From assembly GCA_030390025.1 (NCBI GenBank), contig JASTWF010000333.1, positions 434,001 to 498,000 of the forward strand: 64,000 nucleotides of DNA, given 5' to 3'. Every line of letters begins with the position of its first letter. Position 1 is the first letter of the stretch. The notes beneath the pieces are model-generated. The model had not been told where the DNA came from. It saw only the letters and a program-made list of their open reading frames with translations, and ran no database searches. Source of the DNA: Squalus acanthias. Lineage: Eukaryota. Position numbers and translations under genes: made by a program. Positions 11,600 through 22,234 of this stretch are shown in pieces.

Positions 11600-12546
11600 C
11601 ATGATGCACAGGGCGTAGTCGAGTATCTTCGGGAGAGGAAGCAGAGGCAGCAAAGAAGAGGACAAGATGCTCACAGATAGGGGAGGAGGAGGGGCAGGAG
11701 GGCTCTCAGCAGGAGGCCTTACCCACCTAGGGTCTTCTGAGAGCACTTCTCCTACCTGTATTTAAACCAGGAGCAGTGTATTAGTCGGCCCCGCTTCACC
11801 AAGGAGGTGGTCACAGAACTCTGCCACCTCTTGGAACCAGACCTGCAGCCTTAGATCAGGGCGACATTGCTCTCCCAGTGGCCCTCAAGGGTACCGTGGC
11901 CCTCAATTTTTTCACCACCGAATCCTTCCAGTCTGAATCAGGCAACGTAGGTAACATCTCCCAGTTCACCATCCATCGCTGCATCCAGCAGGTCACAGAA
12001 CCTCTCTACTCCAGGAGAAGTGACTTAATTGTCTTCTCTCAGAACAGAGAGAAGCAGAACGAGCAGGCATGTGGCTATACCAGGATAGCGAGCTTCCCCG
12101 TGGTGTAAGGCACCATCAACTGCACACACGTGGCTTTGTGCCAGTAATCTTCCAGCCACCACGTCAAACCCGAGGGTGGCTGCTCAGAGACAAGGGCTAT
12201 CCGCTCTGCACCTGGCTCATGACTCCCCTCCGCAACCCCACCACTTGCCTTGGCCAGCACGCATATAATGACAGCCATGCTGCCATGAGGAACATCAATG
12301 AGCGGACCATCGGGGTGCTTAAGCAACGGTTCTGCTGCCTTGACCGCTCAGGAGGAGCCCTCCAGTACTCGCCGGAGCGGGTGTCTCATTTTGTGGTGGT
12401 CTGCTGCATTCTCCACAACTTGGCAATTATGAAGGCGCAGCTGGTTCCAGTTCCAGGAGGAGGAGGAAGAAGGGAGGAGGCAAGCAGCACATCCCCGTTC
12501 CGGACAGGCTCTCCGTAAATGCCTCATCAGACTCCGGTTCCAGTGA
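11600..12546 (+). pseudogene. Harbinger transposase remnant, multiple lesions
   Basis: RRPYPPRV-like start, VALNFFTT, GWLLRDKGYP and ERTIGVLKQRFCCLDRSGG, spread over several frames. Confidence 0.85.
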
Positions 12547-12669
12547 ATTAAACCCCTGAACCCAGTTGCTCACCATTTCCCATCTACCATCTCTCTGTCA
12601 TGGAACATCAGAGCGTCCTCCTGGGCACAAAGCTGAAATTAGAGCCACCACAAAACACACATTCCAAAC

Positions 12670-15320
12670 ATAATCATCCTTGTGCATTCCCTTAGTGCCT
12701 GTCATTTGTGTGCCTTTACCTACTCTAGTGCTTCTACGAACTGCTCCCCCAATGGCTGCACCATGGCTGGTGGAAGGCTGCTGACTTTCAGTGTGGGAGA
12801 CTACAGATGGCCTTGCAAAATGACCTTGAGCAGCTCTGGACCTAGAAGGCCCGCTGCACCAACTCGGCATGGGCAGTAGCAGTCTGGGCTGGCTGGCTGA
12901 AAGGCAGCAGCAAGGGCACTGGCGGAGTTGCAGTGGTGGGAGTAGGAATGTTATCATCCTGAGAGAGGAGAGCAGGTTCTTGCTCCACTGACCCACTGCC
13001 ACTCTCCCGGGGCGGTGCCTCGGCATTCCTAGCCATCTGTTAGACCACAGATTGCTGGACTGCTGCGACACCCTGCAAGCACCTTTCGACACTTGTAAAT
13101 CCAGCGACAATGGAAACAGTCAGCTTGCGTGGCAGCGAGCTGAGCCTGCAGGAGAGCAGTCTGCACTTCCACTGCAGCACTGAGACAATGGCCCAAAAAT
13201 TCGGCTGAATACGGGAGAGTACGAACGGTGCACTCTCGCGTATTCAGTCCCGAATTGCCGGTTTCCTGCATGCACTGCGCATGCGCGGGAAACCGGCACT
13301 TCGGGTATGGCGAAGGGGGCGGTTCCTAAGTGAACCGCGTGCGCACTACAGGCTGTGCGCACGCAGCGCACTTAGGTTTTTTTTCAGGTTTCAACGCGAA
13401 GATAAGTATGGAAGATTTTACACATGAAGAAAGGAGGCGTAAGACCCCCTTTTAACAAGGTAAGTAGTTAATTAAGTATTATTTTAAATTTTTTTCAACA
13501 GGTTTATCTTTTTTAGAGACTTTAAAGAAAGGTAAGTTTATTTTTATAACTTTTAAAAAGAATTTAAATTTTTTCAAAAATTTAAATTTTTGTTTAAAGT
13601 GGTTAATTTATTTAACTATAGTTATTTTATTAATGTGATGGGTTTTTAAAAAAATTATTTGAGGTTTAGCTGTTCTTTTGGGGGCAATTTGTATTCATAG
13701 TTTTGACAGTTCTCCTGTCAAAGCTATGAATGAAAGATGGTCTGCTGCCATTGGCTCTCCATGCCCCACGTGATCCCAGAGGTCGCATCGAACTAACTGC
13801 GCCTCTGGGACACGCACACACTGCGCGCCAGCACCAGGGAGAGGCCCAGGAGCTGAAGTTCGTGTGGGCCCGAAACACAACGGCCGGCGCGGAGTGTGCT
13901 ATCGCGCGCAATCCTTACCCCCGCGGCAAGCCTCCGAGTCAAATTTCTGGGCCATTGTGTCGCTTTCGCCTGTGCTGCAATGGAAGCTGCGAGATCACCA
14001 ATCACACACAGCATCATCTTTGGGTCCATAAGGTGATGGAGTTGTCCATCATTTCCATCCTGGAAATCATGGCCTCCAAGCTCTGAGCAAAACCCCGTGC
14101 AATATTGGAACCGGACTCCTCCATACTCCTTGACACTGACAAGAGACTCTCTGGCAGGCTTGCTATTGCTCCTAGCATTGCTTTGTGCATGCCCAACAAC
14201 CTTCTTCTGAAGGCCGCCCCATCGAGGTCATCATCTGAGTCCTGTGGAGCTGAAGTCATAGTGAACTCGCCCGCCGGGGAGCTGGCACCCGAGTTACCCT
14301 TTCCACCAGGCCTGGCTGCAGCCCACTTGTCCCGGTGACTCACCACATGCAGATCCCGTCTCTATATTACCATCTAAAGTACCCGCAGTGCCATTTTCTG
14401 AGCTGGTGTCTACGAGTGTCAGATGCAGTGCCGATGTGTCTTCTTCTTCTCATCCATCAGTCTCTTTTATCAGGTTCAGGGGCTGGTTGGCCAGGTTAGA
14501 TTTCCTGGGTATCTGAAAGAATAGAGTCACAAGGGTCGGGTTGTGGTGAGGGGAGCGGGGAGAAGCAAGATATCCATGCATACACCATTAGCAGCTAGTA
14601 AATGAGAAGAGATTGTGGGATGAGGGGGAAGTGGGATGTTAGAAAAAGGATCAGGTATGTCCATACTGTCATCATCAGCGAGGCTTTCCACTTCTCCGCT
14701 CGCCATGGACTCTGTCACAGTCCCTCCAATTATGTCAAACACTACTTCCTCCAGGTCAGTTAGGTTGTCAACCCTTGCTTGGCCGCCTCCCATCTGCTGT
14801 TGCTCTCTCCGGTTGTGTGTCAACTTTGTCTGCAAGAGAAAGGGAAGCATGTCAATGAGTGTGGTGCAATGTGTTTGGGTGATTAGCTAGCAGTGTGTGC
14901 AAGGTGTGAGATGTGGGTGCGAGTTTTGCTGCAGTATTAAGTGTGTGAGGATGAAGTGAAGCAATGATTGTGAGTTATGAGTGGTGATAGCTAGAGGTTG
15001 TTGCTGAGGGTGTGGTGGATTGAGCAGTGTGCGAGGCTTGTAGTGCAGATGGTGGGATATGGCATTTGCTGAAGCCTTCACTCAGCTTGACCACTCGTGT
15101 GAGATCATTAAACTTTTTGCTGCATTGGATTCAGGTCCTGGAGACAACACTCGTCGCAGTGACGGTTTGAGCAATCTCCTCCCAGATCCTTCTGCTGTTC
15201 AACCTTGTAGGCCCCTTGCCGCTATGCAGGTAAAGGACGTCCCGTCATCGTTGGACCCCCAAGACCAAGGCCTCCAGTGCTGCATCAGAAAAACTTTTTG
15301 CCCTTTCTCTCGGGTGTTGT
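12670..15320 (-). pseudogene. Harbinger Myb/SANT gene remnant of element B, interrupted by a MITE
   Basis: Segments are colinear with the 5144-9767 gene: KLTHNRREQQQMGGG, SAPQDSDDDLDGAAFRRR and GKGTQMTGTKGMHKDD. Confidence 0.78.
13190..13953. mobile_element. Non-autonomous Harbinger-type MITE
   Basis: TIRs GGCCCAAAAATTCGGC and GTCAAATTTCTGGGCC. 3-bp flanks AAT/ATT. CpG-rich ends around a very AT-rich core (13460-13700). It interrupts sequence that is contiguous in element A (~5650). Confidence 0.8.
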
Positions 15321-15854
15321 GCAAGGCTTTGCTTTCACCTGAAAATGAGGTGCTTCTGCCACAAAGCACCTCCCCTTTAAGTAGTGGAAAGAGCCTAGGC
15401 CAAACTCTATTGGCCAGTAGACTGCGCCCGATATTGCACCCCCCCCTCCCCACCCCGCCCAGTTGAGCGCTAAGCCAATCAGCAGCGCGTTTAGCGCTGA
15501 GATCAAAACTGCAATCATGTAAACAAGCACGCAGCACAAATTTTGCATGCTGCCTGCTCCACTTAGAACGGGCGCAGACAAATAGCGCTGGGCGGTGTCC
15601 CCATCTGTTTTCAGACCTTATCCAATTTATAGGCCATTCTATTTTTGAGATATTAAAAAATATGAACATTTTGGTCACTGCTAACAATGAAAACATATCT
15701 GGAATAATAACCCTAACTTTTTATTAATAGTAAGCCCATACCAGCTGCTCACATGAAAATCCATTTCATAGTTAGTTATGAATTCTTACAGATACAAAAG
15801 TACTTGCTCAGGGGCATTCCTGGAAACAAACACTGAGGAAGAATTGGGAATTCC

Positions 15855-17452
15855 ACTTCTTCCTTGAACAGCAGCCCAACCAGTCCTCATCCACCACGAG
15901 CCTCCTCTGTCTGGCTTAACTTGTTCTCACATTGAACAACTTCTCCTTTGCCTCCACTCATTTCCTCAAAATAAAAGGTGCTGCTATAGGAACTCATTTG
16001 GGTCCAAACTATGCCTGCCTTTTTGTGAGATACGTGGAACATTCCTTGTTCCAGTTCTACTCAGGTCCCCTCCCTCACCTCTTTTTCCGGTACTTTGATG
16101 ACGGTATTGGTGCCGCTTCATGTTCTTGCTCCGAACTGGAAAATTCCATCAACTTTGCTTCCAATTTCCACCCCTCCCTTGCCTTCACATGGTCTATCTC
16201 CGATTCTTTCCTTCCCTTCCTTGACTTCTCTATATCCATTTCTGGGGATAGGCTGACAACCAATGTCTACTATAAGCCCACTGACTCCCACAGCTACTTT
16301 GACTACACTTCCTCCCACCCCGCTTCCTGTAAGGACTCTATTCCATTCTCCCAGTTTCTCAGTCTCTGTCGCATCTGTTCTGACGATGCTACCTTCCATA
16401 CCAGTGCTTCCGATATGTCTTCCTTTTTCCTCAACTAAGGATTCCCCTCCACTGTGGTTGACATGGCCCTCGACCGTGTCCATTCCATTTCCCGCACTTC
16501 TGCTCTCACCTCTTCCCCTCCCTCCCAGAACCACGATAGGGTTCCCCTTGTCCTCACCTTCCAACCCACCAGCCTTCACATTCAACAGATCATCATCGAC
16601 CATATTTGCCACCTGCAGCGTGATCCCACCACCAAACACATCTTCCTCTCCCCTCCCCTTTCAGCATTCCAAAGGGACCATTCCCTCCGCGACACCCTGA
16701 TCCACTCTTCAATCACCCCCAACACACCCCTTCTCATCCCACGGCACATTCATGTGCAACACAGGAGATGCAACAACTGCCCTTTCATCTCCTCCCTTCT
16801 CACCGTCCAGGGCCCCAAACACTCCCTTCAGGTGAAACAGCGATTTACTTGTACTTCTTTCAATTTAGTATACTGTATTCACTGCTCACAATGCGGTCTC
16901 CTCTACATTGGGGAGACCAAACACAAATTAGGTGATCGTTTTGTTAAACACCTCCATTCAGTCCGCAAGCGTGACCCTGAGCTTCCAGTCATTTGCCATT
17001 TTAATTCTTCGTCCCACTCCCACTCTGGCCTCTCTGTCCTTGGCCTCCTACACTGTTCTGATGAAGCTCAACGGAAGCTCAAGGAACAGCACCTCATCTT
17101 TCGATTAGGCACTTTACATCTTTTCAGACTCAACACTGATTTCAACAATTTCAGATCGTAAACACTGCTCCCATTTTTTCAGACTGCAGGTGCTGGTAAT
17201 GATTCTGCTGTTGCCATTTACACCTCCACTAAACCCATCTTTTGTTTCTTTACTTATCCCAGCACCATTCCCTTTTGCCTTGCACCATCATTCCTTTTGT
17301 CTTTTACTCTCTCCTGCCTTCCACCCTATCACAGACCTTCCCTTTTGTTCTTTCCTCCCCTCCCCCCTTTCCCTGCCCCTGCACTTGCTTAAAATCTGTT
17401 ACATCTCTAACTTTTTCCAGTTCTGACAAAAGGTCATCGACCTGAAACATTG
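15855..17452 (+). mobile_element. 5'-truncated Penelope-like element (RT C-terminus, GIY-YIG endonuclease, pLTR)
   Basis: GAAIGTHLGPNYACLF, FRYFDD, LPFLD and YYKPTD, then CxxC and VYCIHCSQCGLLYIGET..LGDRF. ORFs 15932-16438 and 16454-17161 share a frame, separated by one premature stop. Pyrimidine-rich 3' region. Confidence 0.9.
17420..17452 (+). ncRNA. Degenerate hammerhead ribozyme motif in the Penelope pLTR
   Basis: CTGACAA-A-AGGTC-ATC-GACCT-GAAA-CATT: stem II is intact, but the core CUGANGA is mutated to CUGACAA. Confidence 0.6.
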
Positions 17453-17810
17453 GGGGGAACTTTCACCTGAAAACCGGATGGGTTGGAGGCGGGGGGGAAG
17501 TTATAGTTTTAAAAATCTAAATCCCGACCCCAACCCGCCACCAACCCACCCACTTTTACTCAGGTGGGATGGGGGTCGGGCAGCCAACCTACTGCCAGGA
17601 GGCGGGTTGGCATTTTAAATATGATAATGAGGCCTGAAGCCTCTGATTTAACCAGTTTTGTAGGTTTTACTGCAGGCGGCCGGGAATCCCGGGCTTCGGG
17701 ATTCCCGATAACTGCAGCGAGGTGAGCACAGCCTCGGAGAGCAATCCTTGTAGGCCGGGAAGAGCAGGAATGCTTCCTCCCAGCCCCCCAAGCTCACCCA
17801 CCAAGACCGT
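17453..17810. mobile_element. Probable MITE / non-autonomous DNA transposon fragment
   Basis: GC-rich block with internal inverted motifs (GGGTTGG/CCAACCC, CCCGACCCC/GGGGTCGGG). No clear second terminus. Confidence 0.4.
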
Positions 17811-18509
17811 CAACCAATTGTGCCAATATACAAAGTTCTTGGGGTGAAAATTACTCTGGTTGCTATGTGTAATAGCATCACAAATACAATCATGAAGATT
17901 TCCTTTGGTCAGTAGTTCCAACATGTTCTATCTGAAAGCACTTACAATTTTACTAGAAATACCGAGATATCTTTCATGAACGAATTTACAATGTAGTTAC
18001 ACATCATGACCAGAGGAATCCTGTTCTTCCGATTTCAAGTAATTATGCTTGAATTACTTTGTTAAAAATGACAACAAAAGTAAGTGCACAAACGGTGCCA
18101 GAAATCGTTCTTCACATTATCAAGGAGAAATAAATAACATGTGTCACATACCGTTATGTTAACTGCCTTTTTGATTGCTCAGGTTCTGCTGCTTCAGCAA
18201 CATCTGACTCCCTGCACGATTGCCGCTGGCTATGACACAAACCTTTCTGGTCTGCAAGTGACATGCTACAATAATGTAATTTACTTCATAGTTATAGCAG
18301 CCAGGGAGGAATCAGCCTTCTATTAATAAATAAAGAGAATTGAAAAAATTCACATACTCTTATATGTAAAATAATTTTGAAATTTAACGAATTTATATTC
18401 TTCTATTAATACATTGTGATATTAATTCCTTCTTTTGTCGTGAATCTAATTGCAACACTTGTGAGAGTTAAGGTTTATTATATCGGATGTCACCAGCAAC
18501 GCCAACTAT

Positions 18510-18630
18510 TGTAACCTACACTACAAAAGTGACTACACTTCAAAGGTACTTCAATGACCGTCCAGCGCTTTGGGACGTCCAGCAGTCGTGAAAGCCATTC
18601 TATAAATGCAAGTCTTTGTTTCTTTTCCTT
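18510..18630 (+). mobile_element. 3' tail of a DeuSINE/L2-type element
   Basis: CCTACACTACAAAAGTGACTACACTTCAAAGGTACTTCA...AGCGCTTTGGGACGTCC...GTGAAAG..CTATAAATGCAAGTCTTT. Confidence 0.7.
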
Positions 18631-19362
18631 TCCTACAAGACCAAAAATAGAATCTATTAGAGGAGTGGGATGAGGCAAACTGGGTGACTTAATGGACTTT
18701 TGTCATTCTGACCTTCTCATTTTTTTTTAGTAAAGTAGATTTTTATTTAGTAAATTTAAAACAAAATTAATTCAGAACCTTCCAAAACGTACCTCTTCGA
18801 GTCCTTGCGGCCAAAAGATCCAGTTAAGTTTTTGGAGCCTCCTCAAAGGCCTGCAAACGCGTGCAATTAGCGGAAACTCTCAATGGTGATTGGTTCATCC
18901 TGGGGGCGTGGTGAGATATGTGGGCGGGGTCTGTTTCTAGCAGGATGTTTTTAAAACTAGCGCAAAAGATCGCGGAAACCCGAATTGCGCTGAACGTGAT
19001 TTGCTCTTAAAATTCCACAACCTTTTCTACCGGTGCGCCGAATTGCACTGAAAAACCAGCACAACTGAGCAGAACCTCTACCCCGGCCTGGACTAGGGTT
19101 CCCAACCCTCCCACTTTGGGCGGGAGTCCACCGGAATGGGCGATTGGTCTTCTGAGCATGGCTGCTGGCGACTCAGGAGAAACGGTCCTTGTATATGCGG
19201 TTTGCACTTGTGCAGTACCCCGGCGGTCATGGCTTGCAACCAACTTGTCTGAGCCCTGCTGGTTTCCCCATTAATAGGAAACACCGCTTCATTGCCAGTT
19301 GTGAGGATGACGGCATCAGGACCAATGAAAATCACCTGGAAAATCTGTGAGTCCTGAGAGAG

Positions 19363-19583
19363 CAACTGGGGAGGGAGAGAGAGAGAAACACAAACTGGGG
19401 GAGGCAGAGAGAGAGAATCATAAACTGGGGAAGGAGAGAGCAAGAAACACAAACTGGGAAAGGGAGGGAGAGAAACACAAACTGGGGGAGGCAGAGAGAG
19501 AGAATCATAAACTGGGGAAGGAGAGAGCAAGAAACACAAACTGGGAAAGGGAGGGAGAGAAACACAAACTGGGGGAGGGAGAG
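19363..19583. repeat. Minisatellite, 87-bp period built from three ~29-bp AAACTGGG(G/A) subunits
   Basis: AGAAACACAAACTGGGGGAGG recurs at ~19385, 19472 and 19559. The overlapping ORFs show a 29-aa period. Confidence 0.9.
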
Positions 19584-20083
19584 TTCATGTCGGCCTGTGA
19601 TGTGCGCTGGTGTATAATGTGTTTTGTTCCGGGAGTCAGGCAGCCTTGGTGCTTCTCCCTGAGGACTGAGCCGCACCTCCCTGAAGCTGGGATTCAGCGG
19701 TGGGGTGTGGGAGTCACTGAATTGAATTAAGTTTGGTTTTGGTTTTATTTATTATTTTTATAACTTGCTGTGTATTGTAAAAAGTCATAAAATTGTACAA
19801 AAGCTTTAGTTAGAAGTTATTTATATTGATGATGTTTTTGTTGAATCAGTGGTATTTACTTGGTGTTTCTCATTGCGGTCAATACTGTAGAAACATCACA
19901 AAAGTAGTTTTTATTTAGACATTACTTATCCTTAAATCTTTCTATTCTTTTGTGTTTTTTCCTTGATTTATAAATTATATTATTCATCTCACAATAAAAC
20001 AAAAAGTCAAATATTTTATTCGGGGCTTGGTGATACTGAGACACTCAACTAAGGTAAATGCAATAACATTTGCAAACAGTGGC

Positions 20084-20177
20084 CAAATGTCACGTGATCA
20101 AATGTCATGTGATTAAGCATCATCTATGCAGTGCCAGGTGATCGAATGCCATGTGATCAAATGTCACATGATCAAAT
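20084..20177. repeat. Subterminal 15-bp repeats CAAATGTCAYRTGAT
   Basis: Copies at 20084, 20099, 20143 (variant) and 20158, with a partial copy at 20173. Confidence 0.8.
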
Positions 20178-20369
20178 CTCCAGGAATACCTCAAATCAGA
20201 GTTGACAACTCTCGGCCTGGTGTATGATCAGGCCCTGGAACAATGATAACCAAGATGCAGGTCATCTGTCAGGAATAGAGTATCCATTGTCCAGAGCTTG
20301 AGGAGTTAAACCTAAAATTGTCAAGGGGAGGTACTTGGTAGATTGAATATAAGTAAGAAATGGAAATGG

Positions 20370-20760
20370 AGAAATCCACCCCAGGGTATTAAAAGAAGTA
20401 GGTGAGGAAATTGCAGATGTGGTAGTCATAATTTTCCAAAGCTCTCTAGATTTAGGAATTGTGTGCTGGAAATTCGTCTCAGGTGGGGGCATAAAACGGG
20501 CGGTATCGGATCGGCCGCTCATTATATGCAAAGGCTGATATTCAGTTCAATTGACTACAATGAAACTGAATATCCGGCGCTGCGTAGAACGAGCGGCCGA
20601 TCCGAAACCGCCCATTTTGCACCACCGCCTTTGCCTTTGGATTGGAAAATTGCAAATGTCACTCTATTATTTAAGAAGGGAGGGAGGGAGAAACCAGGTA
20701 ACTACAGGCCCATCACTTTAACATCGATTGTGGGGAAGTTACTGGAATCCAGCATCAGAC
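20370..20760 (+). mobile_element. Old CR1 ORF2 fragment interrupted by a hairpin MITE
   Basis: HPRVLKEVGEEIADVVVIIFQSSLDLG, then the insertion, then PLDWKIANVTLLFKKGGREKPGNYRPITLTSIVGKLLES; homologous to 7700-7900. Confidence 0.85.
20464..20630. mobile_element. Palindromic MITE fragment
   Basis: Nested inverted repeats GGGCGGTATCGGATCGGCCGCTC / GAGCGGCCGATCCGAAACCGCCC and GATATTCAGTT / AACTGAATATC. Confidence 0.7.
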
Positions 20761-20765
20761 ACACA

Positions 20766-22145
20766 GGCTGTGAAATTCAGTACCTTAGCGCCGGCAGTTA
20801 AGGCCAGTTTGGAAAATAAAATGGTGGCCGCCTCACTTCCGTCCACTGCCGGCGCGGCCCGTGCTGTTCGCCATCTTGGTGAGGGCGACAGTGCAGATGG
20901 GACGTCCATGCGCCGGCAGTTTGCAGAGTAGGCAGATCGTGACGTCAGCCAGCATTTAACACTGATTTGACACACGAACTGCCATTTTGGACGTCGCTGT
21001 TCCAATCAACACCCTCGCCTAAACACGCACAGCAGAACATACGTTCAGCAGCACGAGCGACACCCCCACCAGTGCTATTTAAAGGGATGCATCCAACTTG
21101 CAGGTAAGTTCATTATTTCTCTTGTACTGACTCCTGCAAAGCTCATATGAATACTGGCTTGTTGGAAGACATTTATAACATTGTTAAAGTATGCATGGAG
21201 TGCTGCCGGACGTTGAAAAGGCGTTGACTCTTAAAGGAAGGCCTCTGAGTACACCACTTTCTCCCAGTCATGGGGGCTCTACTTGCAGTCCCCCTCTCAC
21301 TGCAGCATGACAGAGAGATGAAGCAAAGGCAGCAAAGACAAGCTGCTCGCAGAGGGAGGAGGGGGAAGGGGGGAGGAGGGCTCTCAGCAGAGGCCTTACC
21401 CACCATGGGTCTTCAGCGAGTACTTCTCCTACCTGCACCTAAGCCAGGAGCAGCGTATTAGTTGGCTCCGCTTCACCAGGCGGTGGTCACAGAACTCTGC
21501 CGCCTCTTGGAACCAGACCTGCAGCCTCAGAGCAGAGCGATGATGGCTCTGCCGGTGGCCCTCAAGGTGACCGTGCCCCTGAATTTTTTTCGCCAGCGGA
21601 TCCGTCCAGGCTGAATAGGCAAAATAGCAAACATCTTGCAGTTTGTCATTCATCACTGCATCCGGGATTGATAGAGATTGTTGGTAGGTGAGTGATGGGA
21701 GTGTGGTGCATTGAGCAGTGTGTGAGGCTAGTAGTGCAGTTGGTGGGATATGGTATTTGAAGATGCATCCACTCACCTTGACCACTCGTGTGAGGTCATT
21801 AAACTTCTTCCGGCACTGGATCCAGGTCCTGGGGAAAGACTGGTGGCACTGACCGCTTCAGCTATCTGCTCCCACTGTCAACGTACAGTCTGCCTTTGAG
21901 GCCTCCTGGCCCCCTGTAGGCAGAGGACCTGTCTCATCCTATCGATCCCCTGCACCAAAGCCTCCAGTGTTGCATCCGAGAACCAAGGTGCCCTTTCTCT
22001 GCCCTGTTGCGACATTGGTAACTTCCTCTTTGCTTAGCTCTGCTCAGATCAGATTTCCCACGATATTGGGACCCCTGCTGAGCACTGAGCCAACCAGCAG
22101 CACGTTCAACGCTGAGCTCAGCATTTCAATCATGTTAATTAGCAA
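20766..22145. mobile_element. Internally deleted Harbinger C, right terminus missing
   Basis: Left end GGCTGTGAAATT. Transposase N-terminus from 21270 (MGALLAVPL...). Myb exon 1 on the minus strand at ~21775-22016 (MSQQGRERAPWFSD...WIQCRKKFNDLTRVVK|GTGAGT). 22060-22145 matches the inner part of the element B right end (15428-15530) but stops ~100 bp short. Confidence 0.8.
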
Positions 22146-22232
22146 AACTGAGAAGTCGCACAACACCAGGTTATAGTCCAACAGTTTTATTTGAAATTAC
22201 GAGCTTTCGGAGCTCTGCTCCTTCGTCAGGTA
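22146..22232 (-). mobile_element. Penelope-type 3' terminal fragment with hammerhead ribozyme and AATAAA
   Basis: Minus strand reads TAC CTGACGA A GGAGC AGA GCTCC GAAA GCTC GTA ATTTCAAATAAAACTGTTGGACTATAACCTGGTGTTGTG. Confidence 0.78.
22198..22232 (-). ncRNA. Minimal type-I hammerhead ribozyme motif
   Basis: Stem I UAC/GUA, core CUGACGA (22229-22223), stem II GGAGC/GCUCC, GAAA (22208-22205), palindromic AGCU stem III, and a CUC cleavage triplet. Predicted cut between 22201 and 22200. Confidence 0.75.
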
Positions 22233-22234
22233 CA

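Larger units (their letters stand above)
10406..15635. mobile_element. Palindromic (fold-back) Harbinger derivative B with ~210-bp imperfect terminal inverted repeats
   Basis: 10406-10617 is the reverse complement of 15422-15635 (shared core AAACGCGCTGCTGATTGGCTTAGCGCTCAAC). TSD ATT at 10403-10405 and 15636-15638. Internal inverted duplication of ~11000-11590 vs ~12220-12700. Confidence 0.82.
19094..20213. mobile_element. Non-autonomous hAT-like (Blackjack/MER53-type ends) element
   Basis: Termini TAGGGTTCCCAAC and GTTGACAACTCTC. GGCCTGG is duplicated on both flanks (19085-19091, 20214-20220), consistent with an eroded 8-9 bp TSD. Confidence 0.6.

Noticed and set aside
17810..18330. Possible host exons in non-repetitive AT-rich DNA (GTAAGT at ~18080, CTCAG acceptor at ~18182)
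   Set aside because: All frames I tried close quickly and no protein was recognised.
18780..19084. Promoter-like CCAAT/GC-box cluster as a host promoter
   Set aside because: It ends in a Harbinger-MITE-like terminus (GAACCTCTACCCC) and has no adjacent gene. It is probably TE-derived, but the boundaries are too uncertain to annotate.
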